Assembly: GCF_006345805.1 (NCBI RefSeq)
Contig: NC_043001.1
Coordinates: 126,232,001-126,296,000 of the forward strand
Source of the DNA: Octopus sinensis
Lineage: Eukaryota
Length of the DNA: 64,000 nt
Reading direction: 5' to 3'
Notes under the pieces: model-generated
Told to the model about the DNA's origin: nothing
Seen by the model: only the letters and a program-made list of their open reading frames with translations
Databases searched by the model: none
Position numbers and translations under genes: made by a program
Shown here: piece by piece, positions 38,850-50,949 of the stretch
Numbering within the stretch: position 1 is the first letter of the stretch
Layout: each line of letters begins with the position of its first letter

Positions 38850-39445
38850 CACACACATACATACATACATACATACATACATACATACATACATACATAC
38901 ATACTTACATACATACATACATACATACACACACACATACATACATACATACATACTTACATACATACATACATACATACACACACATACATACATACAT
39001 ACATACATACATACATACATACGTACATACATACTTACATACATACATACATACACACATACATACATACATACATACATACATACATACAGACAGACAT
39101 ACATACATACTTACATACATACATACATACAGACATACATACATACAGACATACATACATACATACATACATACATACTTACATACATACACACACATAC
39201 ATACATACATACATACATACACACACACATACATACATACATACATACATACATACATACATACATACATACACACACATACATACATACATACATACAT
39301 ACCATACATACATACTTACATACATACATACATACATACAACACACATACATACATACATACATACTTACATACATACATACATACACACACATACATAC
39401 ATACATACATACATACATACACACACAATACATACATACATACAT
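37990..39445. repeat. Long (CATA)n compound microsatellite with higher-order repeats
   Basis: The variant block CAGACAGACATACATACATACTTAC recurs at about 38371, 38741 and 39088. Confidence 0.93.
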
Positions 39446-39581
39446 TCTTTCTTTCCGTTTTTACGGGTAGGCTATCTCACGCGCGCGTGCGCACACACAT
39501 TTACATATACAGCTGAGCACAAAAACATTTTACTCCCTGCTTCTCTCGATCGCCGTATCTTTTTTCTTCCCCTATTTCTCT

Positions 39582-39592
39582 TTGTGTGTGTG

Positions 39593-39646
<54 letters not shown>

Positions 39647-39740
39647 CGTGTGTGTGTGTGCGTGCGTGCGTGTGTGTGTTTGTGTGTGTGTGTTTGTGTG
39701 TGTGTGTTTGTGTGTGTGTTTGTGTGTGTGTGTATGTGTT

Positions 39741-39779
<39 letters not shown>

Positions 39780-39819
39780 TTGTGTGTGTGTGTATATATG
39801 TGTGTGTGTGTGTGTTGTG

Positions 39820-39866
<47 letters not shown>

Positions 39867-40030
39867 TTGTGTGTGTGCGTGTGTGTGTGCGTGCGTGTGT
39901 GTGTTTGTGTGTGTGTTTGTGTGTGTGTGTATGTGTTTGTGTGTATGTTTGTGTGTGTGCTTGTGTGTGTGTGTGTATATGTGTGTGTGCATGTGTGTGT
40001 GTGTGTGTCTCTGTGTGTGTGTGTGTGTGG
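39582..40030. repeat. (TG)n compound microsatellite
   Basis: Seen directly. Confidence 0.95.
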
Positions 40031-40730
40031 AGGGGGGCGTCCTCTTTTATTTGTAACATAATCTATTAACTGTTATGTACAAATTTATACTAAAGGCCAA
40101 AAAAAAGTGATTAGATCGTAAAATAAGGGATTAGTACAAATCCACTTCGTCGCCTTTATCCCGTATAATTTCTTCATTCACTCCTAGTCTTCCTTCTCCT
40201 CTTTTACCCTGTGACAGGAAGTGAAACGCTCTCGGTTCAAATGACTACCTGGTATTTACCCAATCCATCTCCATCTTCCGTCCTTTCTATAGAAAATAAT
40301 AGAGAAGCAGTAGATTTATTACATCGTTCCTTACTTTATTTTATCGACTCCGAGCGATGACAGGCAAACTTTGATATTGCCTAGATTTGAACGTAAAGAA
40401 CCGGAAATGCTATTGTATTTTCTCCGACATTTTAACCCAATGGTTCTCAACTAGAGGCCATACGGCTCTTGCGGGTCCATATTAAATTTTTTTTTGTTAA
40501 TCCCGTGTATATAAATATAAACAAACTAATACTATTTTTTTAGGCCCCAAACTGTATACAAATAAGATGATAATTTATTTTCGAACGTAGAGAAGCCGTT
40601 AGACAGCAGAAAAATTGGATAAATTATCCTTACAGCTCGCTTGACGATAAACTGTTATCAGCATGAGCCAATGAGGTAACCTCTTCGTGGTGGCTCATGT
40701 TGCTAGGTATAGTAAATAAGTCTCCCTCAG

Positions 40731-40782
<52 letters not shown>

Positions 40783-41754
40783 TCACTACAGTCTAGAAGA
40801 GGGTAGGGCACACTTGACTAGATAATTTGTGATGTAGAAAAGAATGAATGGTAGTGTGACGAACGGTTTGAGTGATACTTCAACTGGATCAGAGATGACC
40901 TGGGGCTAAAAATATAACAACAGCAGAAGCAACAATAACAACAACAACAACTACAGCAACACCACCACCACCACCACCACCATTACAACCATTACACCAC
41001 TACCGTTACAACTATCACCACCAATCCAGGATCATAGATTGACAGACCTGTTTGATGGTCGGTCAAGTTTCCTTGCAGTCTCTGGACAAACTCTTAGCGT
41101 TACCTACTGATTGCAATACCTGTAACAACTCTTGCTCGAAGCTGTATCGGCCCCAAATCGTTGACCTTTGGATAGACATCGGTGGCGTAGAGAGAACTGA
41201 CTTGTGTAATTGGTAAAAGCCAATCTTCCTCAAAATACTTGCCCAGGCCAGGCCTGTGCATTGCATATACGTACAAATTCATGACCAAATTTGACCGTCG
41301 GAAGACCAGATCACTGACTGACTAACATCAATCTACTATACGAGTGAACAAAGAAACACTCGCATGGTTCCACAAGTTAAAAGTGCAGCAAAATTTCCTT
41401 CAAATTACAGCCGACCATCTTAAAACATATGAGATAAGGTAGAAACAAATACAAAGACACACATACACACACACACACACACACACGCACACACACACAC
41501 ACATTCACTCACTCACTCACTCACTCACTCACTCTCACATACACACGCACGCATAAACATGTATACGACGGGTTTCCCCATAGTTTTTGTTTACCAAATT
41601 CACCCACTAGACATTGATCAGTCAAGGCTTATCGTGGAAGATGCACATCAAAGGTATCGCAGAGTGGAATTGAACTGAAAACAACATGGTTGCAAAACGG
41701 GCCTCTTAACACAACATGCTCGCGCCTGTATCAGTATAACTTATATATATATAT

Positions 41755-41955
41755 AAAGGGAAAGTTTACGAAAATAAACAAAAGACGAAGGCGGGTGGAG
41801 TACACACAAACAAATGTATTAGTATAGCGCTCAGGAATAGAAATAGAAAAAGTATTTTACGTTTCGAGCCTACGCTCTTCGACAGAAAGATACACAGAAA
41901 AAAAACAAGGAGATAAACAAGGAGAGAAAAAAATGCGTGTAGGAGCTAGCGATAT
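41755..41955 (-). mobile_element. PLE terminal module related to family C
   Basis: TTT-CTGTCGA-A-GAGC-GTAG-GCTC-GAAACGT-A-AAA at 41854-41888. A related piece lies reversed near 48580-48640. Confidence 0.6.
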
Positions 41956-42184
41956 ATTGCAACATCCTTTCTTAAAATAAAAATAAATGAGAGAGATATG
42001 TCCTCAGGGCATATATCTCTATTGTCTTGGATATACTATGCCTCAGACCAAAACGTAATTGGTTATAGTTCGAATATTTTTCATAACAGGTTTGTCTGTT
42101 TAATGAAGGCTGACCAGGGACCAAAACATCAAGAAGTCAACATATCCACTCATACACAATATACTATACATATCCACTGTCACA

Positions 42185-42239
<55 letters not shown>

Positions 42240-42622
42240 ACGCACACGCACACGCACACTCACTCACATGCACATACGCACGCTTAAACATACACTCAAC
42301 ACAAAAAACTATACACACGCGTAAAGGCACCAAACACAAACATACGTTATTACATGTATACATACATACATACATACATACGTACATACATTCATGTATA
42401 CATACAGACACCTCATATACACATACATCACAGAAACAAGCTAAAATACCATTAAGTGGTTTGCTCTACAAGAGGTTAGCAAAAAAAATAAAAAAAACAT
42501 ATCTTGAAGCAGTGTTAAATATAGTAACAAAACCACCGGAACCGCGACATTGAGAGAAAGTATATAAAAAGTAGCTATAAGTGATTCTTACGTAAAATGC
42601 AATAATAATAATAATAATAATA

Positions 42623-42653
<31 letters not shown>

Positions 42654-42794
42654 TATCACAACAAGAACAACATCAATAACAGTAATAAAATTTAATTGTT
42701 TGCAGTGATGATATGCTTATATTTTTGACGAGGCAAAATAATTATTCTTGTATTCTTTTTTTTACTTTGGTCTTGTTCACATAAACGATAAATG

Positions 42795-43095
42795 TCGCCC
42801 TTTTCAAGCCTAGCCCGGTTCATGAGCCCGGTTTCCTGGTTTCTGTGGCGTATGTTTTCCTCCCAGCTGGACTTGACACCAGTCCATTGCAGCGTTACTC
42901 AAGAAACAGGAAGAGAGAGGGAGAAAAAGTTGTGGCGAAAGAATACAACAGGGGTCGCCACCACCCCTGCCGGAGCCCCGTGGTGCTTTTAGGTGTTTTC
43001 GCTAAATAAACACACACAACGCCCGGTCTGGGAATCGAAACCGCGATCCTCCGACCGCGAGTTCGCTGCCCTAACCACTGGGCCATTGCGCCTCC
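42795..43095 (-). mobile_element. tRNA(Arg)-like-headed SINE, family D, tail type 1
   Basis: GGAGGCGCAATGGCCCAGTGGTTAGGGCAGCGAACTCGCGGTCGGAGGATCGCGGTTTCGATTCCC head, with a GCAATGGACTGG...TCCAG block in the 3' part. Confidence 0.82.
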
Positions 43096-43186
43096 TCTTG
43101 TTCACACACTGGCATTAAATAGATTGGTAGACGAATGAGAAGACTCTTCCCTTCAGTCTACCGTGTTGGTGATTGAGAGCGAGAGC

Positions 43187-43221
<35 letters not shown>

Positions 43222-43419
43222 GGAGAGACAGAGAGAGAGAGGGTGGAGGAGGAGAAATCAACAACTGTACCTGATTGAAATTTATTCATCGATCCAGAAA
43301 AAGTGAAACGCAAAGTCGGCCCTGGCAGGATTTGAATTCAGAGGTTAGAGACCCTTATATAAGTAACACAGGTCATTCTATCTGGCGATCTCACGCCTCT
43401 ACCAACTCACCGCCAATTA

Positions 43420-43655
43420 TCGAAGTGAGGTTTCAGCCATATCAACCAGGTGCCTTCCATATATCTAAAGGGTCTGCTTGCCAAGACTTCCCATTTCCCT
43501 CTGTGTTGTGCTGCATGCATACAGTCAACCAGGTTCTTGTGTCCAGTCCATTCGTTGACGTTATCATTCAAGAAACGTCTTTGACGGCCTGTTGCGCTCT
43601 TCCCCTCCACACTTCCTGTCAGGATGGCAATGTCTCATGGTACATCGTATGACCA
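43420..43655 (-). mobile_element. RTE-clade LINE 3' fragment
   Basis: ILTGSVEGKSATGRQRRFLNDNVNEWTG...AAQHRGKW is the typical RTE C-terminus. Confidence 0.75.
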
Positions 43656-43769
43656 AAATATGATAGCTTTGTGGATTTACTTCTCAAAAATCAGTGTCTT
43701 TGAACTTTCAGTTTTCTAGCCCTGCAGAGTTTGTTACTCTCTCTTTCCAGCCTATTTTCTGTCCAATCT

Positions 43770-44405
43770 CTTTTACTCTTTTACTTGTTTCAGTCATTTG
43801 ACTGTGGCCATGCTGGAGCACCGCCTTTAATCGAGCAACTCGACCTCGGGACTTATTCTTTTGTAAGCCCAGTACTTATTCTATCGGTGTCTTTTTCCGA
43901 ACCGCTAAGTAACAGGGACATAAACACACCAGCATCGGTTGTCAAGCAATGCTAGGGGGACAAATACGGAATACAAACACACACACGCATGTATATATAT
44001 ATATACATATATACGACGGGCTTCTTTCAGTTTCCGTCTACCAAATCCACTCACGAGGCATTGGTCGGCCCGAGGCTATAGTAGAAGACACTTGCCCAAG
44101 GTGCCGACCAAACCTTGTGAGTGGATTTGGTAGACGGAAACTGAAAGAAGCCTGTCGTATATATGTATATATATGTATATATGTATATGTCTTTGTGTCT
44201 GTGTTTGTCTCCCTAGCATTGCTTGACAACCGATGCTGGTGTGTTTACGTCCCCGTAACTTAGCGGTTCGGCAAAACAGACTGATAGAATAAGTACTGGG
44301 CTTACAAAGAATAAGTCCCGGGGTCGATTTGCTCGACTATAAAGGCGGTGCTCCAGCATGGCCGCAGTCAAATGACTGAAACAAGTAAAAGAGTAAAAGA
44401 GAGAG
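43770..44405. mobile_element. Two 5'-truncated family A SINEs joined head-to-head (inverted repeat)
   Basis: Minus copy at 43770-44104 and plus copy at 44105-44405. Confidence 0.88.
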
Positions 44406-44981
44406 AGTAAAGAGAGACCGACTGAGACACGCCACCTCCTTTCTATGACGTTGTGCAGTCTAGCCGTGACAATTGTTGTTGCTATCGTTGTTGGTAATGT
44501 TTCTATCGTTGCTATTTTTTTTTTACTGTATTTGTTTTTGCTCTCATTTAAAAAAAAAATTTTGCTGTTATTGTTGCGATTGTCATAATGAAACAAATGA
44601 GAAACTAACTCATCTCTCTCTCTCTCTCTCTTTCTCTCTCCCTCTCAACTACAATACTCTGTGAAAATATGAAGTGGACTTTGACCATCAAGAGATTGTG
44701 GTCAAGATTTTTTTTGAGTGGTGAAGTGTGGGGAGGAGGGTGCTGACACATATCTCCTCTTCCTACCACCCACACCACAATCAGTGGCCACTCGGAGTGA
44801 AGGAGGGTGAGAGGTTAAGAAAAGCGGAGGAGAACGAAAGTTTCTGTTGCTATGGAGACGTGTCGCCTTCTATTCTTGCTGTCAATGGCTGGCGGGTTAG
44901 AGACGCAACGGGTGCAGGGTGTGGGGTTCCTTGGGTTTGATTGTCCATTCAGGAAGGAAGTCGAGGAAAAGTGTAAGAGGA

Positions 44982-45013
<32 letters not shown>

Positions 45014-45346
45014 TCAGAGAGAGAAAGAGTGAGAGAGACTGACAGACAGAAGGTTAGAGGTAGAGAGTGATAGAGAAAGAGATCAGAGAGAGAGAGAGAG
45101 AGAGAGAGAAATAAAGACAGGAAGAATACATAGAAAAAGATAGACAAATTCTGGGAGAATAGAGAGACAAAGACACAGTGTAATAACATGTGTCTATGTA
45201 TATGTGTATATGTGTATGTGTGTATGTGTGTATATGTGTATGTGTGTATGTGTGTGAGTACGCCAGAAAGAATATTAGTACAAAATGGGAGAGAGAAGCG
45301 CATCTATCTATCTATCTGTCTGTCTGTCTGTTTATCTGTCTGCTTG

Positions 45347-45429
<83 letters not shown>

Positions 45430-45472
45430 GTCTGTCTGTCTATCCCTCTATCTATCTATCTATCTATCTGTC

Positions 45473-45692
45473 TTTTTTATATTTCTTCTTTTTTTAATTT
45501 TTTTTTTATTTATTTTATTTTATTTTAATTTTTTTTTGTTCTTCCCTTTTACGATCCCTTTTGATCGAAAACCTACGCCACCTTTTTATTTTTGTTTCTT
45601 TTGTTTTTTGTTTTTTTCATCCCCCAAAAGAAAAGCTCTACCTTGTAACTTGTCCCATCTGTGTGCAGCCCTGTGTGGCCAATAAAGAAACT
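45473..45692 (+). mobile_element. 3' UTR-only copy of a Tx1/L1-like LINE inside (TATC)n
   Basis: Matches 53160-53313 (TTTACGATCCCTTTTGATC...CCCCAAAAGAAAAGCTCTACC...GGCCAATAAAGAAACT). Confidence 0.85.
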
Positions 45693-46088
45693 TATCTATC
45701 TATCTGTCTGTCTGTCTGTCTATCTATCTCTCTATCTATCTATTTATCTCTCTCTCTATCTATCAATCAATCTACACTCCCTCTCTCTGTCGCTCTCTCT
45801 CTATCATTTATCAACTTCTTTTCATCTTCTCTTCTCTTCTCACAAATTTTCTCTTCGTTTCCCTCTTTTATATATCATTTATGTATATGTGTATGCGTGT
45901 TGTATGCTTCTGTATATCTTTCACGAACAAGAAAAAACCCGTGTTGTAATTATTCCACCCGTTTTACACAGACTTACTATTGTGACTATTGCCAGAGGAA
46001 GTTCAATGAACCAGGGATTAGTAAACCAAAGCAAAAAAGAAAACGAACCCCCCACCCCGGAAAACTTACAACCAATGATGCTATTGTT

Positions 46089-46399
46089 GCTGGGAGTTGT
46101 AGCGTGCTCCTGAAATCCAGCTACTTGGGGGCTTGTCTGGTTGGCCGGTTGGCCGGTTTGAGAATGGGAGTCCTGGTAGTAGGTCTTGTATGGTGATCAG
46201 GCGTCTGCGTTAAGCTCAGCATAAATATGGTGCTGGACAGGGAACTCATCAGAATCAGGTTGTCTAAGGAGGGTCGATTCGGCCCAGGACGGAAACGCAG
46301 CAGGGAAAAGACCCCCATGTTGAGCAGTAGTGGGATCGGGCCTGTGAATATTTATCGGCTGGCAGCCTGTTCGATACAACTGACCACCAATCCCCTTTT
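46089..46399 (+). ncRNA. 7SL / SRP RNA gene or recent pseudogene
   Basis: Colinear with metazoan 7SL: Alu-domain loops GTAGC/GCTAC, AATATGGTG, AGGTTGTCTAAGGAGGG, GGCCCAGGACGGAAACGCAGCAGG and CAGTAGTGGGATCGGGCCTGTGAATA, ending in TTTT. Compensatory pairs GAATGGG/CCTGTTC and GGAGT/GCTCC. Confidence 0.92.
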
Positions 46400-46570
46400 A
46401 GGCATAGCCGTGGGTCTGTTGTTAGGCACTTGTTTCCCAATCACATGGTTCCGCTTTCAGTCCTTCTGTGTGGCACCATGGACAAATATCTTCTAGTGTA
46501 GCCTTGGGCCGCCCAAAAACTTGTGAGTGGATTTGGTAGATGGAAACTGAAAGTGAAAGAACCCCGTCTA
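46400..46570 (+). mobile_element. Degraded family A SINE head abutting the 7SL terminator
   Basis: AGGCATAGCCGTGG...CACATGGTTCCG...TTGTGAGTGGATTTGGTAGATGGAAACTGAAAG. Confidence 0.75.
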
Positions 46571-47035
46571 TATATATATTCAATCAGAGGTTAGAATAAC
46601 CTCATTAAGGGGTAGGTCTAAATATAAATCTTGGTTTATAAATGTTCAAAAGAATATTTAGAAAATGGTGATGTAGCATTAATATAATTTATTATCTGCA
46701 AACATCCAAAATATTCCTTTACAGCTGTTTCAATTTAGTCTAAAAGATTAAATTACAATAATCAAATCCTTGTATTAGGCAAAATCTCATCAGAGGGGTA
46801 GAAAACACAATACCTAATAACCGTTAGGTTATTAGATATTGTGTTTGCCTAATACAATGATTTAATTATCGTAATTTAATCTTTTAGGCTAAATTGAAAT
46901 AACTGCAAGAGAATATGTTGGATTTTGCAGATAATAAATTATATTAATGCTACCTCTCCATTTTCTGAATTTGTGTGTGTTTGTGTGTATGTACACACAC
47001 ACACACAGACACACACATATATATATATACATACA

Positions 47036-47077
<42 letters not shown>

Positions 47078-47117
47078 ATATATATACATACATACATACA
47101 CACACACATACACACAC

Positions 47118-47152
<35 letters not shown>

Positions 47153-47174
47153 TGTATGTATGTATGTATGTGTA

Positions 47175-47880
47175 ACGTAAAAGTTTCGAAAAACCATTTG
47201 TTTATTTGTTTCATAACAAGCATAAACTAGACATCTCTTCAGTTTCACTAAACGATAACCGTTCTCTGCAAATAATGTTTTTAAACACAAGAACGCTGGT
47301 AATAGTTCCAGAAATATTCCTCCTAAAAAAATATGGCCGGGCGAGTTGTCTTCCTACGCTTGATAGCTAGGTTTTCCAATTTTGAAGTAAAAATTTCCAA
47401 AAATATGTAAAACTCCCCACGGCTTCCGTCCTGGAGTTCAGGTATCCTCCTGGATCATGTGATATTATGAGGATTATATATCTTTCTATCATACACAATT
47501 TGCAGTCTTGTTCGATTGCAATAGGGTTCACATGTTTCGGTGTTACATCGGCCGTCCACTGGGCATTCTTTTCTAATCCTGCATGAACAACATGCCTCTG
47601 TCCGTGGTTTTCGTCTCCACTGTCCTGCTTTTGCTCCCAACTTTGACCCTCCATAAATTCAAAATTTTATTTTGAGCAACTGTCTTCGAAGACTCATATT
47701 GTCGTTGATTGCTCGAAATGGGGAGTAGATAGACAACCGACAACTGATGAAGGGTCGTTCTTCGTATTCCTTGTATTACTTGTCCTGTTTTCCATTTTCT
47801 CTCCTTGTTTACGTATTTAACTGATTTGATTTCGTATTTCATGTTGTTTATGCATTTCTCACTGGACTGCGTGTCCATTT
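47175..47880 (-). mobile_element. Internally deleted Naiad-type PLE
   Basis: CSCRIRKECPVDGRCNTE linker fused almost directly to PYC...CKLCMIERYIIL...YLNSRTE...KFLL, so the GIY-YIG core is missing. A CTGAAGA...TTTTCGAAAC remnant lies at 47183-47242. Confidence 0.78.
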
Positions 47881-48185
47881 CTCTTTTTTGTCATCTGTGA
47901 TTTTATTTTTGATCTTCTGCAAAACGGAAGGTCACGCTGCGGAACAATCATTTTAGCGAGTTGTATTTATTTACCACTCGACGAGATACATCTGCACCAC
48001 CGGATGCTCCTGAACCAGCTGTTGAGTGTCCCACTCAAGAGGAATCGATGCGAGATGTGTCAAAACAATTGTCATGATTAATAATAAATTCTCGTATATT
48101 CCATCTTTTGTCTTTCATTTGCTATATATATATTTATTATTTATATTATTATTTAATCGAACGCCACGCATCTATTTCCAAGTAA

Positions 48186-48239
<54 letters not shown>

Positions 48240-48244
<5 letters not shown>

Positions 48245-48545
48245 CGTGATCACCGTGACCGACCAGGCTATCAGATGTTTCTACACATCGCTGGTCACAA
48301 TGCGCTTCGCATTGTTTTAGCCTTCAAATGACGCCACCCCGCTGGCTAAGCGAGCAGACCAACAGAAGAGTGAGAGAAAGTTGTGGCGAAAGAGTACAGC
48401 AGGGATCGCCACCATCCCCTGCCGGAGCCTCGTGGAGCTTTAGGTGCTTTCGCTCAATAAACACTCACAAGGCCTGGTCTGGGAATCGAAACCGCGATCC
48501 TCCGACCACGAGTCCGCTGCCTAACCACTGGGTCATTGCGCCTCC
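48240..48545 (-). mobile_element. SINE family D, tail type 2
   Basis: Same head and body as 42795-43095, but with a different 3' part ending GGTCACGGTGATCACGGTGA. Confidence 0.82.
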
Positions 48546-50949
48546 ACACACACGTAGATACTAATATATACTTATACTAATACATGTTTGTTTTGTATAC
48601 CACCTGTCTTCGTCTTTTGTTTTTTCGTGAACTCTCCCTATATATATATATATTATATATATAATATATATATATATATATATTATATATAAATTTATAA
48701 TATACGTTGTAAAAATTGATATTAATTAAATTAATACCAATTTAAATCAGTGTCTTAGCATATTGAAAAAAATCTGAAGATTCAGAAAATTATATTACAT
48801 ATATATATGAAGAATGGCCACTTGGAGGATTCCTAATATGCCAAAGGTAGACCCCATATGGTCTGACCACTAAGAAAAATTGTTCCCAAGAAATTTCGGC
48901 AAACGCCGGAACGCAAAGCTAGCAAGACAAATAAAAGGATACAAATATAATGACTAGTCGCATACCTAGGTTTCATTGTTACCATTTACGTTACGTAAAT
49001 GTCTGCAAATCCTCAGTGTGACCATCATGGAAAATATATAATCGCAGAACTATACACGAGACGTCCTCCCGAGAGAGAACATGCATACAGTTCTATCAAT
49101 TATATTTGGGGGTATATTTCAAATGTCTTCATTTTGGCGCGCCGAAGCCGGAAATGACTCTGCAGAAAATAATTTTCTGCATACCCCCAAATATAGATTT
49201 GTCTAGTTTGTTGATGTTTCAAAACTGTTATGATCCGACAGAGGAGTCTTCCAGTTGCAATATTGCGAATAATGTTTGCATGGTTGCTAAATACTTTATC
49301 TAAAACATTTTTGTGGTTTCATGTTGAATCAAGCACGAGTTGGATCAGAAAAGAAAACAAAACATTCATAAATTTGTAAAGTCTGTCTATTGGTGCTTTG
49401 TCCGAAATTATATACTTTGTTTTATGTATTTTAGGAAAATGCCATTATCATAAGTTGAGAAAATATGCCATTGTTCTTAAATTGGACAACATAATGGTAA
49501 TTCTGTTCAGTTGTCCCGGCATAACCTAACAACAACCTGGAGTGGTCCTGGTGATTGGGAGTATAAACATCTTGGAAGCTTTGAGCGTGGTAGTCAACGG
49601 GAAGATTGGGGTTGTCAGGGGTAATGAATGCAGTGGAAAGCAGTTTGAATACCGAGGTGGGAATGTAAGAGGTGAGATTGAGGGATAGTGAGAAGGAAGA
49701 CGATATGTACAATACGAAACTCAACTGATCTCATTTGTTAACCGGTTTATATTAATGCTCAAAAGACTTTTGAAACACCCTGTATTGTTGAAATATAATT
49801 GAAGACCATTAAAAAATATTTTTAACACGTGCAAGACACACATTTGCAATTGTCTGGTAATTAAAATACATATTTAGAACAATTTTTTACTTATGTCAGT
49901 GATTTGTCAGTAGCTTGTATTTAAACATTATGGAATTATTCCTATTTCCTTGAAAACCATTCCCTTAAGATAAAATCTCATACTCATTGCCATGTTGTTG
50001 CTATTGTTTTTTTTTTATAATCTTGTGTTTTTTTTTTGTTATATTAGTCAATACTTCCGGCTTGATAAGGTTGTAATATTAATAATATCCTCTTCCAAAT
50101 GAACAATCAGATACGGCTCATGCCATACTTAAGGCTACTTGAATCTTTATCAAATGATAGCTCTTTAAAGAAAAGATAAGAAATAGTCATACATGAGCTT
50201 TTTTTATTTTTGACGTTTATTAGGATAACATGCTTAATAGGTCTACCAGAATGTCATTACAAGAATTATCTCTGTTACTTTAACATTAACCCTCATTAAA
50301 AAAAACAGTCTTATAGAAATGTTGGCATGTATAATAACAATGGCAATAAAAATGGGATTATGCATGTGCTTAAGAATTATTTCCAAGCCCTACTTTATTT
50401 CGTTGTATTAGAAAGAGTGGTGCAGAGTCCTACAACATGCTGGCTTCTAAGTTCACCATTATAGACTTCGAATTCACGCCGAGTATCTATGGATGAATTG
50501 GTTAGGCAAAGTACCCTACCTCTCAAAGGTCTACATGCATCAAATATAGCTAACGAAACATTCATCATATTTACAATGCTGCCGTTAACTACAGTAGCAA
50601 CTTCATCCTATTTACATCTATTAACGAAGGCACATGATAACAGTAGAAGAAAACGAACCATCGAGTCTGTATTTGGTTTTCCATGTACTCTGTCGATTCT
50701 ATGATTATCGCTTGCTGTTTGAATATAACGTTATTAAAATATGTACCAGGAAATAATTACAACCGTGTTTCGTGTCTGCTTCCACAACAGCTCCTTTATA
50801 GGATCCAGTTACTGGCCAAATTTTGACGACGACACCCTTTTTTGCTATACAAAAGTTCTTTGCTCTCAGACGAATGAAATTTATATCGTGGGTTAGTCAG
50901 TTACGTTGTCTGGGTAACAGCCTATTGCTCAGAATAGAGGATGGTTAGT

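Noticed and set aside
37797-40069. Very long ORFs (up to 544 aa) of HTYI/MYVC/CV repeats, and similar ORFs elsewhere
   Set aside because: They are translations of (CATA)n, (TG)n, (TA)n, (AAT)n and (GAT)n microsatellites that lack stop codons.
41063-41288. Short minus-strand ORFs (PGLGKYFEEDWLLP...)
   Set aside because: No recognisable family and no clear splice signals.
45960-46080. YYCDYCQRKF zinc-finger-like peptide
   Set aside because: No histidine ligands follow, no clear splice sites were found, and the ORF is built from microsatellite and 7SL sequence.
47681-47750. Hammerhead in the 4.6/7.5/47.7-kb PLE terminal family (GAAA followed by CTGATGA)
   Set aside because: Stem II cannot be paired in either the type I or the type II arrangement, so at best it is a degenerate remnant.
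49431-49724. GC-richer island with open frames on both strands, near a GAAACACCCTGTA Tc1/mariner-like end at about 49775
   Set aside because: No recognisable protein motif was found, and it could not be assigned as exon or transposase.
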